Source: Malacoraja senta
Taxonomy: Eukaryota
Direction of reading: 5' to 3'
DNA length: 64,000 nt
Assembly: GCA_038087875.1 (NCBI GenBank)
Contig: CM075998.1
Coordinates: forward strand, 5,706,001-5,770,000
Position numbers and translations under genes: made by a program. The notes under the pieces are model-generated. The model was not told the DNA's origin and did not search any database. It saw only the letters and a list, made by a program, of their open reading frames with translations. This document shows, one piece after another, positions 63,801 to 64,000 of this stretch (the stretch's first letter is position 1; every line of letters begins with the position of its first letter).

Positions 63801-64000
63801 CCATGAGAGTGCGCTACTGTGTAGTGTCCCCAGGAACAAATTGGGGTCCAGGAGAGTGTACGTTCAAGTGTTGGGCCTACTAGTGAGTTTACGTGGAACA
63901 TTAACACAAGATCCATAAGGCTGATTTGAGAAAAATAAATGATTGCCACTCTGTAGGTAATCAGTATTTTACTGCCGGCTGGAATTAGTCAGTGCTTATG

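Overview
Repeat-rich vertebrate DNA, most likely from a cartilaginous fish (skate or ray). This is inferred from HE1-type SINEs, CR1/HER1 LINEs and a SacSINE1-like Deu-SINE. Two host first exons are recognisable and lie head-to-head, as in human 12q13: BLOC1S1 (minus, 20132-20192) and ITGA7 (plus, 58612-58770, with two 1-bp homopolymer frameshifts). Most of the rest is nested transposon sequence: CR1, Rex1, RTE, Tx1, Vingi, a near-full-length HERO/R2-group element, Penelope fragments, Harbinger MITEs, Helitrons, a TIR element with a 7-bp TSD, and a solo LTR. The main unexpected items are: (1) a 141-bp retroposon headed by a minimal HDV-like (CPEB3-type) ribozyme whose 3' tail matches a Vingi LINE in the same window; (2) a non-autonomous Helitron carrying a captured HTRA2 exon-1 fragment with its splice donor; (3) many Penelope-derived palindromic elements with minimal hammerhead cores; (4) a covarying hairpin shared by different SINE-like families. 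All family assignments were made by eye, without database searches. Boundaries of decayed repeats are approximate unless a TSD is quoted.
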